From the NCBI GenBank assembly GCA_963726215.1, contig CAVSBU010000012.1, positions 6,018-70,017 of the forward strand: DNA of 64,000 nucleotides, in the 5' to 3' direction. Of the stretch, positions 30,278 through 40,887 are shown piece after piece (the stretch's first letter is position 1; every line of letters starts with the position of its first letter). Made by a program: the position numbers and the translations under genes. This DNA is from an uncultured Chloroflexia bacterium. GTDB lineage: Bacteria > Chloroflexota > Dehalococcoidia > GIF9 > UBA5629. The notes under the pieces are model-generated. The model was not told the DNA's origin, made no database searches, and saw nothing but the letters and a program-made list of their open reading frames with translations.

Positions 30278-31504
30278 TCAAACCTGCACACCAAGCACCT
30301 CATTGAACGACTCTAAATTGGGCTGGACATGGAAGGTGTGGACAACATCTGAAACAATCTCTTGCGTCCTCGGGCCGGCCCCCGTAATAAAAGCGACCGT
30401 AAGCTGGTCCTTTTTAATGGCTCCGGCAGCAGCCAGCTTCTTCACCCCGGCAATCACTACTCCACCGGCAGCTTCAGCAAAAATGCCTTCAGTTTGTGCC
30501 AGTAATTTCATCCCTTCGATAGCTTCTTCATCAGTGGCACTTGAAGCCCCACCGCCTGATTGCCTGGCAACCATTAAAGCATAATAACCATCAGCCGGAT
30601 TGCCAATGGCTATCGAAGTAACGATGGTATTCGGCGTCACCGGATGGACATGAAGGCTGCCAGCTTCAAAGGCGTGTACGATTGGCGAGCTGCCTGAAGC
30701 CTGGGTAAGGTACATGTGGGTGTTTACCGGCCCGATGAGCTTGAGCGTAGATAATTCTTGCAGTCCTTTCCAAATCCGGGTAAAAAGTAGGCCTGAAGCC
30801 GCAGGCGCCACCACGCAGTCCGGCGGCCGCCAGCCTAATTGCTCAGCCACCTCAAATCCCAGTGTCTTGCTGCCCTCGGCATAATATGGCCGGAGGTTGA
30901 TGTTTATAAAGCCCCAATTGTATCTTTGCGCCAGCTCGGCACAGAGGCGGTTGACATCATCATAGCTTCCATCAACAGTAACCAGGTTCGGTTTATATAT
31001 GGCTACACCCACCAGCTTGCCCGGTTCCACATTGGCCGGGACAAATACATAGGCTTTCATGTTCGCCTTGGCCGCATGGGCCGCCACACTGGCAGCCAGA
31101 TTACCTGTTGAGGCACAGGCTACCGTATCAAAACCGAACTCACGCGCCTTGGTTACGGCAACGGAAACAGCCCTGTCCTTAAAAGAATATGTGGGATTAA
31201 GGCAGTCATTCTTGATGTAAAGCTCGTCCAATCCCAGCTCACGCCCCAGGTTATCAGCTTTCAGCAAAGGCGTGAAGCCGGTGCCAATGTCAATCTCCCC
31301 CTTGCCTTCAACAGGTAGCAGGTCGCGATAGCGCCACATAGTAGAGGGGCCTTCGGAAATTTTCTGGTGGCTGAGTACGCCAGCCATAGCCTTATAGTCG
31401 TAGTTAACCTCTACCGGGCTAAGGCAAAAATCGCAGACCCTTATCGGTTGTAAAGGGTATTCCTGTCCACATTTTCGACAGCGCAAACCTGTGGCGTATG
31501 ACAA
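30278..31504 (-). CDS. thrC: threonine synthase family PLP enzyme with N-terminal zinc ribbon
   Basis: 408-aa intact ORF with CRKCGQEY...CDFC, the PLP lysine in PTYSFKDR, and GNLAASVAA. Confidence 0.75.
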   Translation of the reverse strand: MSYATGLRCRKCGQEYPLQPIRVCDFCLSPVEVNYDYKAMAGVLSHQKISEGPSTMWRYRDLLPVEGKGEIDIGTGFTPLLKADNLGRELGLDELYIKNDCLNPTYSFKDRAVSVAVTKAREFGFDTVACASTGNLAASVAAHAAKANMKAYVFVPANVEPGKLVGVAIYKPNLVTVDGSYDDVNRLCAELAQRYNWGFININLRPYYAEGSKTLGFEVAEQLGWRPPDCVVAPAASGLLFTRIWKGLQELSTLKLIGPVNTHMYLTQASGSSPIVHAFEAGSLHVHPVTPNTIVTSIAIGNPADGYYALMVARQSGGGASSATDEEAIEGMKLLAQTEGIFAEAAGGVVIAGVKKLAAAGAIKKDQLTVAFITGAGPRTQEIVSDVVHTFHVQPNLESFNEVLGVQV

Positions 31505-31631
31505 ATTACACCTCTTACTATATCGGAGTACCTCACTATTCAGTTCGTATTAGTATATAAGATACCTGCTATGCACCAAACGCGCAAGCAGCCGACCACA
31601 AATTCTACCGGATAACTTATAAGTCCCGACT

Positions 31632-32205
31632 CTAAGGCCAGCCGGGATTTAAAGTATTCTCGTAGGCAACCACGAGGTCTGCCTGCTTCATTATTATGTT
31701 GCCGTTGGAGATTTGGTACGGCACTAATGCTTTGGGGTAATCAACGCAAGCTCCTTGAATTCCATCGCCTGTATCGGCTTTGAAAGTAGTGGCACACCTG
31801 TCGCATACCAGAGTATTACCGTCTAGAGAATAGCCTATGGAGCGACACGGCGGACAAACATCTGCCCGAACGTAGATTTTGTTATTCAACAAGTATGCCA
31901 TGAAATTCATTTTGCCGGCTTGTGCATTCACCGCAAACTGTGTATTCCAGTCACTCTCGACCTCGCTCACTGGAATTGAGACTGAGTCACCATTGACCTG
32001 AGCCTCAATTAATTTCGCCTTTATTGGGCCTGATGGCTTTTGAGTCGTTGCCTGGATGGTCTGAGGTGTAGACGATGGATAGACGAGGTGGAGATGCTGA
32101 TGGCTGTGTTCCAGCAGTTGCCGGCGCTGAGGCTGAATTAGCACAGGCGACAGCTATCAACATCAGCATCAATGCCGAAAGACCTATTGCGATTTTCTTT
32201 AACAT
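31632..32205 (-). CDS. DUF2318/FtrD-like four-Cys secreted protein (frame interrupted)
   Basis: Fragments 32005-32205 (signal MLKKIAIGLSALMLMLIAVAC) and 31632-32144 (YVRADVCPPCRSIGYSLDGNTLVCDRCATTF). Confidence 0.65.
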
Positions 32206-32307
32206 AAGTTATTCCCTCCTTGTTATTTATAATTCAATATTAGCTTTGTTCGAACGGCAAGCCTTGTTTCAAATACGCATGCAAACTCCTTTTCTGCATT
32301 ATATTTC

Positions 32308-32486
32308 TATCTGCCACAACAACAGCCACCGGCGGCGAGGTTGGGCCGCGGGGCTATTCTGAACTCCTGTCCCGCAGCAACCTGCGCCGGTTTGCCCCGG
32401 CACGGGAGATGTCTGACCGCCCGTTAAGCAGCAACTGGCACCGGTCTGACCAGGTACAGCAGATGTCTGATTACCGGGCCCGGCTG
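32308..32486 (-). repeat. three tandem ~18-codon repeats each encoding a Cys-Cys pair, probable C-terminal tail of the upstream CARDB protein
   Basis: The minus-strand frame reads AAGPGNQTSAVPGQTGASCCLTG / GQTSPVPGQTGAGCCGTG / VQNSPAAQP. After a one-base shift it reads LAAGGCCCGR then stop (complement 32308-32310). No start codon lies in this frame, and it is open upstream into the CARDB ORF. Confidence 0.45.
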
Positions 32487-32890
32487 CTACGATTCGGCTA
32501 CGACAAATTGGCCGGCAAGCTGACCTAAAGAAACTTTGTATGTTCCCGGTGCATCCTTGAATATCACGAAGGTTAAGGTCTGGGTTTTTCCGGCAGGCAC
32601 CAACACTTTATCCGAAGCCTCGGTAACATTGTTTATTTTAAGTTCCGCATTATAGGTATCATCGACACCGGTAACATTTGTCACCTCAGCAGTTATAACT
32701 ACTTCGTCTCGGGCAGCAACCTCGGCTGGATTAATTGATAACCCGGATAATTGAAATGCCGTCGCCTTGCTCTGCTTCTGCCTTTGGTTTCGCCCCAAGT
32801 TCGTTCAAACTGCTACATGACAACATCAGGCCGGCAATTGCAAAAGATCGCTATGGGAATAAGCACAATTTGTTTGGTTTTATTTCTCAT
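32487..32890 (-). CDS. secreted, lipobox-like CARDB/Ig-like domain protein (frame interruptions)
   Basis: ATG (complement 32888-32890) gives [16 protein letters not shown], and a shift at a T run restores AIAGLMLSCSS. ORF 32487-32798 carries LSINPAEVAARDEVVITAEVTNVTGVDDTYNAELKIN, CARDB-like. Confidence 0.6.
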
Positions 32891-33580
32891 CTCTTTCTTG
32901 GCCTCCTTACTTTTTGATTGGTTTTCTTGACAATCTGCCCATCTTGCAGAAATACAGTGGTATTGGCAAAGCTGGCTATTTCAGGGTCGTGAGTAACCAT
33001 AATGATGCCGTGCCCTTCTTTATGCAGTTGAGTAAATAATCTCAAAATTTCGCCCCCTGTTTTCCGGTCCATATTGCCCGTTGGTTCATCAGCCAGGATG
33101 AGCGATGGCATACTGACTAAGGCTCTGGCGATAGCTACTCTCTGTTGTTCGCCGCCGCTCAATTGGCTGGGTTTATGTCCAGTCCTTTTCCCCAAACCAA
33201 CCTTTTCCAATATTTCTAAAGCTTTGTCTTCCTCTTTGCTGGCTCCGCAAAACACCAACGGCAGAAGCACATTTTCCAGCGCCGTAAGAGATGGGAGCAG
33301 ATGGTACTGCTGAAAAACATAGGCAATTTTCCCCCGTCTAATATCAACTAATTCATTTTCATCTAAATTGTCAATGCGTTTTCCTTCCAAAAGAACCTCA
33401 CCGCTTGAGGGACGGTCCAGACCGCCAATGATATTCAAAAAGGTGCTTTTGCCGCTGCCGGAAGGTCCCATAACGGCTACAAAATTACCCTGGTCCGCGC
33501 TGAAGGAAATTTTATCCAGGGCAACTACGCGCGCGGCTCCCTCGCCATAAATCTTTGATATTTCTCTTAAGTTCTAACAT
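32887..33580 (-). CDS. ABC transporter ATP-binding protein, MacB/LolD-like (frame interrupted near the N-terminus)
   Basis: Evidence is [24 protein letters not shown] and ILADEPTG. The N-terminus MLELK.. lies in another frame starting at 33580. Confidence 0.85.
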
Positions 33581-33590
33581 ATCATCTACC

Positions 33591-34781
33591 TCACAAAGAC
33601 CTGAAGGAATCTGCAACCTTAATCTGGGTTGCGCGAAATGCCGGATATACGGTGGCTATTACAGCTACAGCAATAGCCAGAACCAATGCCAGAGCAAAAT
33701 ATTGGGGAACAAAAGCAATGGTCGTACCTTCAAAAACTAGAGGCCCGGCTATATATGCCAATAAGGTTCCCGCCACATACCCCAAAATACCCCCGATTAT
33801 TCCAATGATGATAGCCTCGTAAATAAAGGCCTTCACTATCTGACTTCGCGAAGCTCCTACAGCCCTCATTATCCCGATATCTTTGATTCTTTCATTGACT
33901 GAGGTCATCATGGTATTGACTACTCCAAACAGACCAACAGCAAGTGTGATTCCGGCCAAAGTCAGCATGAACTTGCTCATCTTTTCCATCATGCCCATTT
34001 CAGTCGCCGCTATCTGTTTTACGGCAACTGCTCGAACTCCCGGGATATCTTTATTTATGCCGTCGGCTATTATTTCTACAGGGCAGGCGTTGCAAAGAGC
34101 GCGAATGTCTACCGATGAAACCAGCCCCTCCCTACCAAAAGCCTTTTGTAGAGTGTCTATCGGAACAAACACCTGATAATCATCATTTGAACCCGTCTCT
34201 TCCAGGATACCAGCGACTGTTACATTAGTTCCATCGAGCGGAATAACGTCTCCTATGTTAAGCTTCAAAATCTCAGCAGCGATGGCACCAAGCAGCGCTT
34301 GGTCTTTTTGTTCCAAATATTTCCCTTGGTTAACTTTCCACCACGTCTTGATTTTAATCTCCTCTTGTGGGTCTACCCCGACTACCATCACCGATGTGTC
34401 TCCTATCTTGGTATTGATGTATAGGTTTGGAGCAATCGTAGCAATGTTTCCCTCGTCTTCTATCTTCAGCGCCTTTCTTATTTCACCATCAGCTATCTGT
34501 CTAATCCTGGGTAATTTTTCTTCAGAAACGTAGTTATCGCCAACGGCCAACATACCAAGCCTCACATCACCTAGCTTCATATCCAAATTGTTTATTGCCG
34601 GTATGACTGCCAGATTAGGCCCATATTTCTCCAGCTGATTATAGATTCTGGCTTGCCCGGCACGGGCAACGGTTAATATGCCGACAACTGTCGCCGTTCC
34701 GATAACTACACCGAGGGTGGCATACAATACTCGCCTTTTTCTCCGAATCACATCCTTCACAACCACTTGATATAGTTTCAT
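33591..34781 (-). CDS. ABC transporter permease, FtsX/MacB type
   Basis: 396-aa intact ORF. It has an N-terminal TM segment, a large extracytoplasmic domain, and a C-terminal FtsX 3-TM bundle (IGIMRAVGASRSQIV...). Confidence 0.8.
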   Translation of the reverse strand: MKLYQVVVKDVIRRKRRVLYATLGVVIGTATVVGILTVARAGQARIYNQLEKYGPNLAVIPAINNLDMKLGDVRLGMLAVGDNYVSEEKLPRIRQIADGEIRKALKIEDEGNIATIAPNLYINTKIGDTSVMVVGVDPQEEIKIKTWWKVNQGKYLEQKDQALLGAIAAEILKLNIGDVIPLDGTNVTVAGILEETGSNDDYQVFVPIDTLQKAFGREGLVSSVDIRALCNACPVEIIADGINKDIPGVRAVAVKQIAATEMGMMEKMSKFMLTLAGITLAVGLFGVVNTMMTSVNERIKDIGIMRAVGASRSQIVKAFIYEAIIIGIIGGILGYVAGTLLAYIAGPLVFEGTTIAFVPQYFALALVLAIAVAVIATVYPAFRATQIKVADSFRSL

Positions 34782-34891
34782 CGTCTCTCCTTCCGGTTCT
34801 GTTTTGCCGTAATCTTTGAATATTAACAGCCAACTATGAAAATATTATGAATTTATGATGAAAATCCGGTGAACCTTACTCACTCAGGTCT

Positions 34892-36036
34892 TCATTTATG
34901 GTTGAGCGCTTGTTCCAAATCGTCAACCAAATCATCAATGTTTTCCAAGCCGACTGATAACCGTACCAGGTCATCGCTAATACCTATTTTTGCCCTGTAA
35001 TCAGCGGGCATCGAGGCATGGCTCATCGTCGCCGGATGCTCCGCCAGCGAAGCAACACCACCCAGTGATTCCGCCAGATGAAAACACTTTAGCCTTCTTA
35101 GAAAGTGATTGACTGCCTTCACTGCCACCTTTTAATTCAAAGGAAACCACACCACCAAACCCCTTCATCTGCCTTTTGGCGATTTCATGGCCCGGATGAG
35201 ATTTAATGCCCGGATAAAACACCCGGCTGACGGCTTTATGTTGCTGAAGATAACTTGCTATAGCTATAGCATTTTCCTCGTGTTTTTTCATTCGCAGCGG
35301 CAATGTCTGAATGCCTCGAAGCACCAGCCAGCAGTCAAAAGGCGAAGCACAGGTTCCCATAGCATTTAGAAGAAATTGAACTCTTTGTGTTAATTCATCG
35401 GTAGTAGTGACCACAGCGCCGCCGACCACATCGCAATGCCCGTTGAGATACTTGGTTGTGGAATGGACCACCAGGTCAACCCCATATTCTATAGGCCTAA
35501 GGAAATACGGAGTGGCAAATGTATTATCGATAACTGTCAATATTTTGTGCTTTCTTAGCAATATCAACTACCATCTCTATATCGGTTATATTCAGTAACG
35601 GATTTGATGGTGTCTCTATCCATATCATCTTGGTATTTGGTTTTATGGCTCGTTCAATAGCCTGTCTGCTGCTCATTCTCAGGAAGGTAACCTCCAAACC
35701 CAGCTCAGGCATTACATCTTGAAAGAGCCTGTAAGTGCCTCCATAGACATCGTCGGCTGAGATTACATGGTCGCCTGCCTTCAAAAGGTGCGCCACCGTC
35801 GTCTCAGCCGCCATCCCGGTGGCAAAAGCAAATCCCGCTTTCCCACCTTCCAGTTGGGCCAGGGTATCCTCCAGAACTTTTCTCGTCGGATTGGCTGTTC
35901 GAGAATAATCATAGCCTCTCGTTTTACCCACATCCTCAAACGCAAAGGTCGATGTTTGATATATGGGCACCGAGACAGCGCCGAATGTCTTGTCCGGCCT
36001 TTCTCCAGCATGAATGGCCAACGTTTCAAATTTCAT
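34892..36036 (-). CDS. Cys/Met-metabolism PLP enzyme, cystathionine gamma-synthase/beta-lyase family (two frame interruptions)
   Basis: Fragments 35524-36036, 35001-35567 and 34892-35128. Evidence is [12 protein letters not shown], the PLP lysine in [10 protein letters not shown], and ESLGGV.SL..HPATM.H. Confidence 0.85.
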
Positions 36037-36749
36037 ATTCCACCTCCGTCATTGAAATTGCTCATAACTCTCACCTTTATCTCCTCCAACTCGTCTTCAA
36101 CAGTCGCTATCCCGCTGGAATTCTCCAGTTTTCTCAGACGTTGCTCAAATAACTCTTGCTTTTTTAAGACCAGCCCTATGGCTTCAGCCACCGGGTCGGG
36201 CAATTTGCCGTGCTCCAGAATTGTGAGTGGACCATGGCCGTCCTCGACTACCCTTCCCGGGATTCCCACTACCGTGGCTCCCGGTGGTACCGGTCTTACT
36301 ACTACTGAACCGGAGCCAATCCTGGCGCCATCACCTATGGCAATATCGCCTAGAGCTACAGCTCCAGTACCTAACACCACTTTATTGCCGATAGTGGGAT
36401 GCCGTTTTTCTCTCTGCAAACTAGTCCCGCCCAATACTGCCCCTTGATACATCAATACATCATTACCTATCTCAGCCGTCTCCCCGATTACCACCCCTGC
36501 ACCATGGTCTATAAAGAAGCGCCTGCCTATTTTGGCTCCGGGGTGGATTTCTATCCCGGTTAAAAAGCGGCTCATATGTGACAGCAAACGTGCCAGAAAC
36601 CGGAGCTTGTGCCGCCAGAGAAAGTGAGCCAGGCGATGAAACCATACAGCGTGAAGCCCCGGATAGCATAACATAACCTCAGGCACACTTCGCGCTGCCG
36701 GGTCTTTATCAAATACCGTTCGAATATCCTCTTTCAGCGTCTCGAACAA
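36033..36749 (-). CDS. cysE: serine O-acetyltransferase
   Basis: 238-aa intact ORF with DPAARS..EV.L.YPG.HA...HR.AH and hexapeptide repeats ([11 protein letters not shown]...[11 protein letters not shown]). Confidence 0.9.
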   Translation of the reverse strand: MFETLKEDIRTVFDKDPAARSVPEVMLCYPGLHAVWFHRLAHFLWRHKLRFLARLLSHMSRFLTGIEIHPGAKIGRRFFIDHGAGVVIGETAEIGNDVLMYQGAVLGGTSLQREKRHPTIGNKVVLGTGAVALGDIAIGDGARIGSGSVVVRPVPPGATVVGIPGRVVEDGHGPLTILEHGKLPDPVAEAIGLVLKKQELFEQRLRKLENSSGIATVEDELEEIKVRVMSNFNDGGGI

Positions 36750-36791
36750 GATAACCGTCCTCTACACTTTCAAAATGTCTGATAAAAGGGG

Positions 36792-37720
36792 TCATAATCC
36801 CTGAAAAAGCCAGGTGGATATATAACGCTCACCCGTGTCAGGTAAAATGACCACAACAGCTTTCCCTTATTCTCCGGCCTTTTGGCAACCTCCAGAGCCG
36901 CCCAGGTTGCAGCGCCAGAAGATATACCGGCCAGTATGCCCTCTTCTTTAGCTAACCTTCTGGCCGTCGCACCGGCATCATCATTGGTTACCTTAATGAT
37001 TTCGTCAACCAATTCCAGTTTCAATACTTCCGGAACAAAACCGGCACCGATGCCCTGGATTTTATGCGGTCCGGGTTTGCCGCCGGAAAGAACAGGTGAA
37101 TCGGCAGGCTCAACGGCTACAACCTTAAATTCAGGTTTCCTCTTCTTTATAACCTCAGCCACACCGGTGATAGTGCCACCCGTACCAACACCGGCAACCA
37201 GAATGTCTATCTTGCCATCCGTATCTCTCCAAATCTCCTCGGCCGTGGTCTCGCGGTGGATTTTGGGATTGGCCGGGTTTTTGAATTGCTGCGGCATGAA
37301 GTAATTTTTGTTTTCAGCTACCAGTTGTTCTGCTTTCCGTATTGCTCCAGACATGCCTTCTGCCCCGGGCGTCAGCACTAGTTCGGCACCAAATATAGAG
37401 AGAATATGCCTCCGTTCTACCGACATCGTTTCTGGCATAGTGAGTATCAACCGGTAGCCACGCGAGGCGCAGACAAAGGCCAGAGCAATACCGGTGTTGC
37501 CGCTGGTAGGCTCGATAATTACCGTATCCTTTTTTATCAAACCCTGCTCTTCAGCAGCCCTAATCATTGACACAGCGATTCGGTCCTTGACGCTGCTGCA
37601 AGGATTGAAGGACTCAAGCTTGGCTACAACTTCGGCCTTGGCACCTCCGGTTATCCGATTTAATCTGACCAGAGGGGTATTGCCTATAAGTTCCGTAATG
37701 TCTTTAGCTATATTTGCCAT
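36792..37720 (-). CDS. cysK: cysteine synthase A / O-acetylserine sulfhydrylase (frame interrupted near the C-terminus)
   Basis: Evidence is [14 protein letters not shown], the PLP lysine in SVKDR, and GTGGTITG. The alternate frame restores [20 protein letters not shown]. Confidence 0.9.
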
Positions 37721-37744
37721 TAACTCAACTCCCGACTTTTCTTT

Positions 37745-38188
37745 TCAAATGTCATACATTACCATATCTGCTGTTTTTTTCTTCTTTTGCATCTCTACCA
37801 GGTCCTGCAAGGTCTTAGATTCCAAAACCCCATCCATTGCCTTCTTCAGTTCAATCCAGACGTCACGCGTGGCACAAAGTTCAGAACGTGAGCAGGCTTC
37901 GGGGTCATTAATACAATCGACCGGGGCAATCGAGCCTTCAAGTACTCCAAGCACTTCGCTAAGTTTTATCTCCTGAGGTGGTCTGGCCAGCTGAACTCCA
38001 CCACGTGCGCCTCGCGTGCTCCTTATCATCCCCACCGATATCAGTGGGGCAATTATATGCTCCAGATACAGAAGCGAAATCTGCTGCCTCTGGGCAATGT
38101 CTTTTAATGGAACTGGCTCTTTCCCATCATGCAGGGCTAAATCCAGCAGCACTCTCGTCCCGTACCGACCTCTAGTAGATAGTTTCAT
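37745..38188 (-). CDS. Rrf2-family transcriptional regulator (CymR/IscR-like)
   Basis: 147-aa intact ORF reading MKLSTRGRYGTRVLLDLALH...ISLLYLEHIIAPL...GARGG. Confidence 0.85.
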   Translation of the reverse strand: MKLSTRGRYGTRVLLDLALHDGKEPVPLKDIAQRQQISLLYLEHIIAPLISVGMIRSTRGARGGVQLARPPQEIKLSEVLGVLEGSIAPVDCINDPEACSRSELCATRDVWIELKKAMDGVLESKTLQDLVEMQKKKKTADMVMYDI

Positions 38189-38201
38189 CGTCCCACCTCA
38201 T

Positions 38202-38254
38202 TATGTTGAGTATTTTAGTCAACATAGTATAGAATGCAAATAAAAAAATGTCAA
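38202..38254 (-). promoter_or_regulatory. consensus sigma70-type promoter plus inverted-repeat operator upstream of the Rrf2-cysK-cysE operon
   Basis: On the minus strand: TTGACA (38249-38254), 17-nt spacer, TATACT (38226-38231). Immediately downstream is the inverted repeat TATGTTGA-N9-TCAACATA (38202-38226). Confidence 0.5.
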
Positions 38255-38381
38255 ACTTCTGTGTGCGGTGCTAAGATTTTTAGCTCGCCTGGACATGTCC
38301 TACAGTGATAATAAATACCTTATCCTCGTATTTGCATCCTCTGCCCTGTTGCATTATCATACTGGCATAGCCTGAATCGAT

Positions 38382-40541
38382 ATGGATAATATCTCTCTCA
38401 TACAAAAAGCAAAAGAATATTTGCCTCCGGAGAAAGTGGCTTTAGTTAAAGCAGCTTACGACTTCGCCTTGAATGCTCATAAAGGGCAGGTACGAAAGTC
38501 CGGCGACCCATATCTAGACCACCCGTTACAGACAGCTACGATGCTGGCTGGACTTCAGCTTGATGCCGCCACTTTAGCCGCAGCCTTACTCCACGATGTA
38601 CCCGAAGATTGCAGAGTGCCCTTGGCTGAAATCGAGGCTAAATTTGGGCCCGAGGTAAGCAAGCTTGTCGATGGCGCAACCAAATTGGGCAAATTATCTT
38701 TGCACCGCGGTGAAGCCAGAAAACGGGAATCTCAAGCCCAGAACCTGCGCAAGATGCTGATAGCTATGGCAGAGGACTTGAGGGTGGTGTTTATAAAACT
38801 GGCCGACAGGCTGCACAATATGCACACTTTAGCCGCCCTGTCACCAGAAAAGCGGCGCAGCATTGCTCAAGAGACACTGGAAATATACGCGCCTCTTGCC
38901 CATCGCCTGGGTATTTGGCAAATAAAGTGGCAACTGGAAGATTTGGCTTTCCGCTACCTGGAGCCGCGCCAATATCATAAAGTGGCTCGCTTGATAGCCA
39001 CTCGCCGAACGCAACGAGAGGCTTTTATAAATGAGATTACCCAGATACTAAAGCAAGAATTGGACAAAGCTGAGATAAAGGCAGAAATCATAGGCAGGCC
39101 AAAGCACATCTACAGCATTTACAATAAACTGAACCGATATGCAGCTCAAGGCAGGGATTTCAACGACATTCATGACCTGTTCGCTGTCCGGGTACTGGTA
39201 GATACAATCCCGGATTGCTATAAAGCGCTAGGTGTCATCCACAACCTGTGGCATCCTCTTCCCGAAGAGTTTAACGACTTCATCGCTAATCCTAAAGACA
39301 ACGGATATCAGTCATTGCACACCACGGTGCTATGTCAGGGCACAACTCCGCTGGAAATACAAATTCGCACCTATGATATGCACCGAAGCGCCGATTTGGG
39401 CGTAGTCGGCCACTGGTGCTATAAGGAAGGTGCCAGCCAGGATACACGACTTTGAAGACAAGATAGCCTGGTTACGCCAGTTAATTGAGTGGCAGGGCGA
39501 GCTTGGCAGCGAGGAATTCCTCGAATCGCTAAAAACTGAGGTCTTCATCGACCAGGTCTTTGTTTATACCCCCAAAGGCGAAATAAAAGCTCTGCCCAAA
39601 GGTGCCACACCCCTCGATTTCGCCTATCGTATCCATACCGAGTTAGGACATCGCTGTATAGGCGCCAAGGTGAACGGCAGGCTGGTGCCCTTAAACTACG
39701 AACTTAAGAATAGCGAGATTATAGAAATTATGACCGCCAAGGCTGGCAAGGGCCCCAGCCTTGACTGGCTCAACCCTGATTTAGGATTTGTCAAGACTTC
39801 CCACGCCCGAGAAAAAATTCGACAATGGTTTAAGAAACAGGAACGGACGCAGAACATCGAACGCGGCAAGCAGATTCTGGAAAGAGAACTCAAGCGGCTA
39901 GACATAACCATAACCAATATCGAAGAAACAGCACGCACTGTTCAATTATGAAAGCTCTGATGATTTTCTGGCAGCTATTGGCTATGGTGGCATTACTCCA
40001 CATCAGTTGGCGCTCAAGCTGGCCATCGAACCGGAAGAAATCCCTGCTGTAACCAAAACCGTACGCACCGAGAAGACAACTACTGCCGGAATTCAGGTTC
40101 TAGGCGTGGGTGACTTACTTACTCAATTAGCCCGCGTGCTGCAATCCCTTGCCTGGAGACCACATTATCGGTTATATTACTCGGAGCCACGGGATTACGG
40201 TGCACCGCAAGGACTGCATCAATGTCATCAATGTAGAAGATAAAAAGCGACTCATCGAGGTGAGCTGGGGAGAGATACAAGATGTTTACCCCGTCGATGT
40301 TCAGATCGATGCCTGGGACAGAGTAGGCTTGCTCCGGGATATCACTACTGTTATTGCTGAGGCGAAAGTAAATATATCCAGTATGAGCACAACATATCAC
40401 AATGAAATTACTTCCGTATTTGCTACTCTTGAAATCGCAAACATGGCTCAGTTAACACAACTACTTTCCAAAATACAGGGTGTACGTGGTATCATAAGCG
40501 CCACAAGAATCAGCCAAGCCAAAGCCAGCCTTAGTTCTTAG
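38382..40541 (+). CDS. relA: bifunctional (p)ppGpp synthetase/hydrolase RelA/SpoT family (three frame interruptions)
   Basis: Fragments 38382-39455, 39430-39951 and 40149-40541, plus a joining frame. Evidence is the HD domain HKGQVRKSGDPYLDHPL, the synthetase region, the TGS region, and a C-terminal ACT domain (DRVGLLRDITTVIAE). Confidence 0.9.
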
Positions 40542-40554
40542 AAAGGAGACAGGA

Positions 40555-40852
40555 TTGCCCAAAAGTATATCAGCAGAAAAAGCAGCACGAACAGCAGAAA
40601 GAAAGCGACTTCGAAACAAGTCTCTTAAAAGTGCTACCAAGACCCATTTGACCCGGGCGGAGAAGCTTATTGCTGCCAACCAGCCTGAAGCGCAACAGGC
40701 AGTTGTAGATACGATAAGCGCCCTTGACAGAGATGCCAAGAAGGGGGTCATTCATCCGTAATACGGCCGCAAGACGGAAGTCACGCCTGATGAAAAAGTT
40801 TAATCAAGCCAAGCTTTCCGGCACTGCTCAACGCAAGACTGATAAGGCCTGA
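40555..40852 (+). CDS. rpsT: 30S ribosomal protein S20 (frame interrupted near the C-terminus)
   Basis: SD AAGGAG then TTG start. It reads PKSISAEKAARTAERKRLRNKSLKSATKT, and the alternate frame restores NTAARRKSRLMKKFNQAKL. Confidence 0.9.
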
Positions 40853-40887
40853 AAAAACAATTTTAATTAATTGCGCCAGTATTTATC

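Noticed and set aside
32244-32251. GTTCGAAC considered as a LexA box
   Set aside because: The half-sites are in the wrong order (GTTC then GAAC, with no 4-nt spacer), so it does not fit CGAACNNNNGTTCG.
35767-36447. 226-aa plus-strand ORF
   Set aside because: It is antisense to the cystathionine-family enzyme and cysE, both of which have strong motifs. Its composition is P/S/T-rich and non-native.
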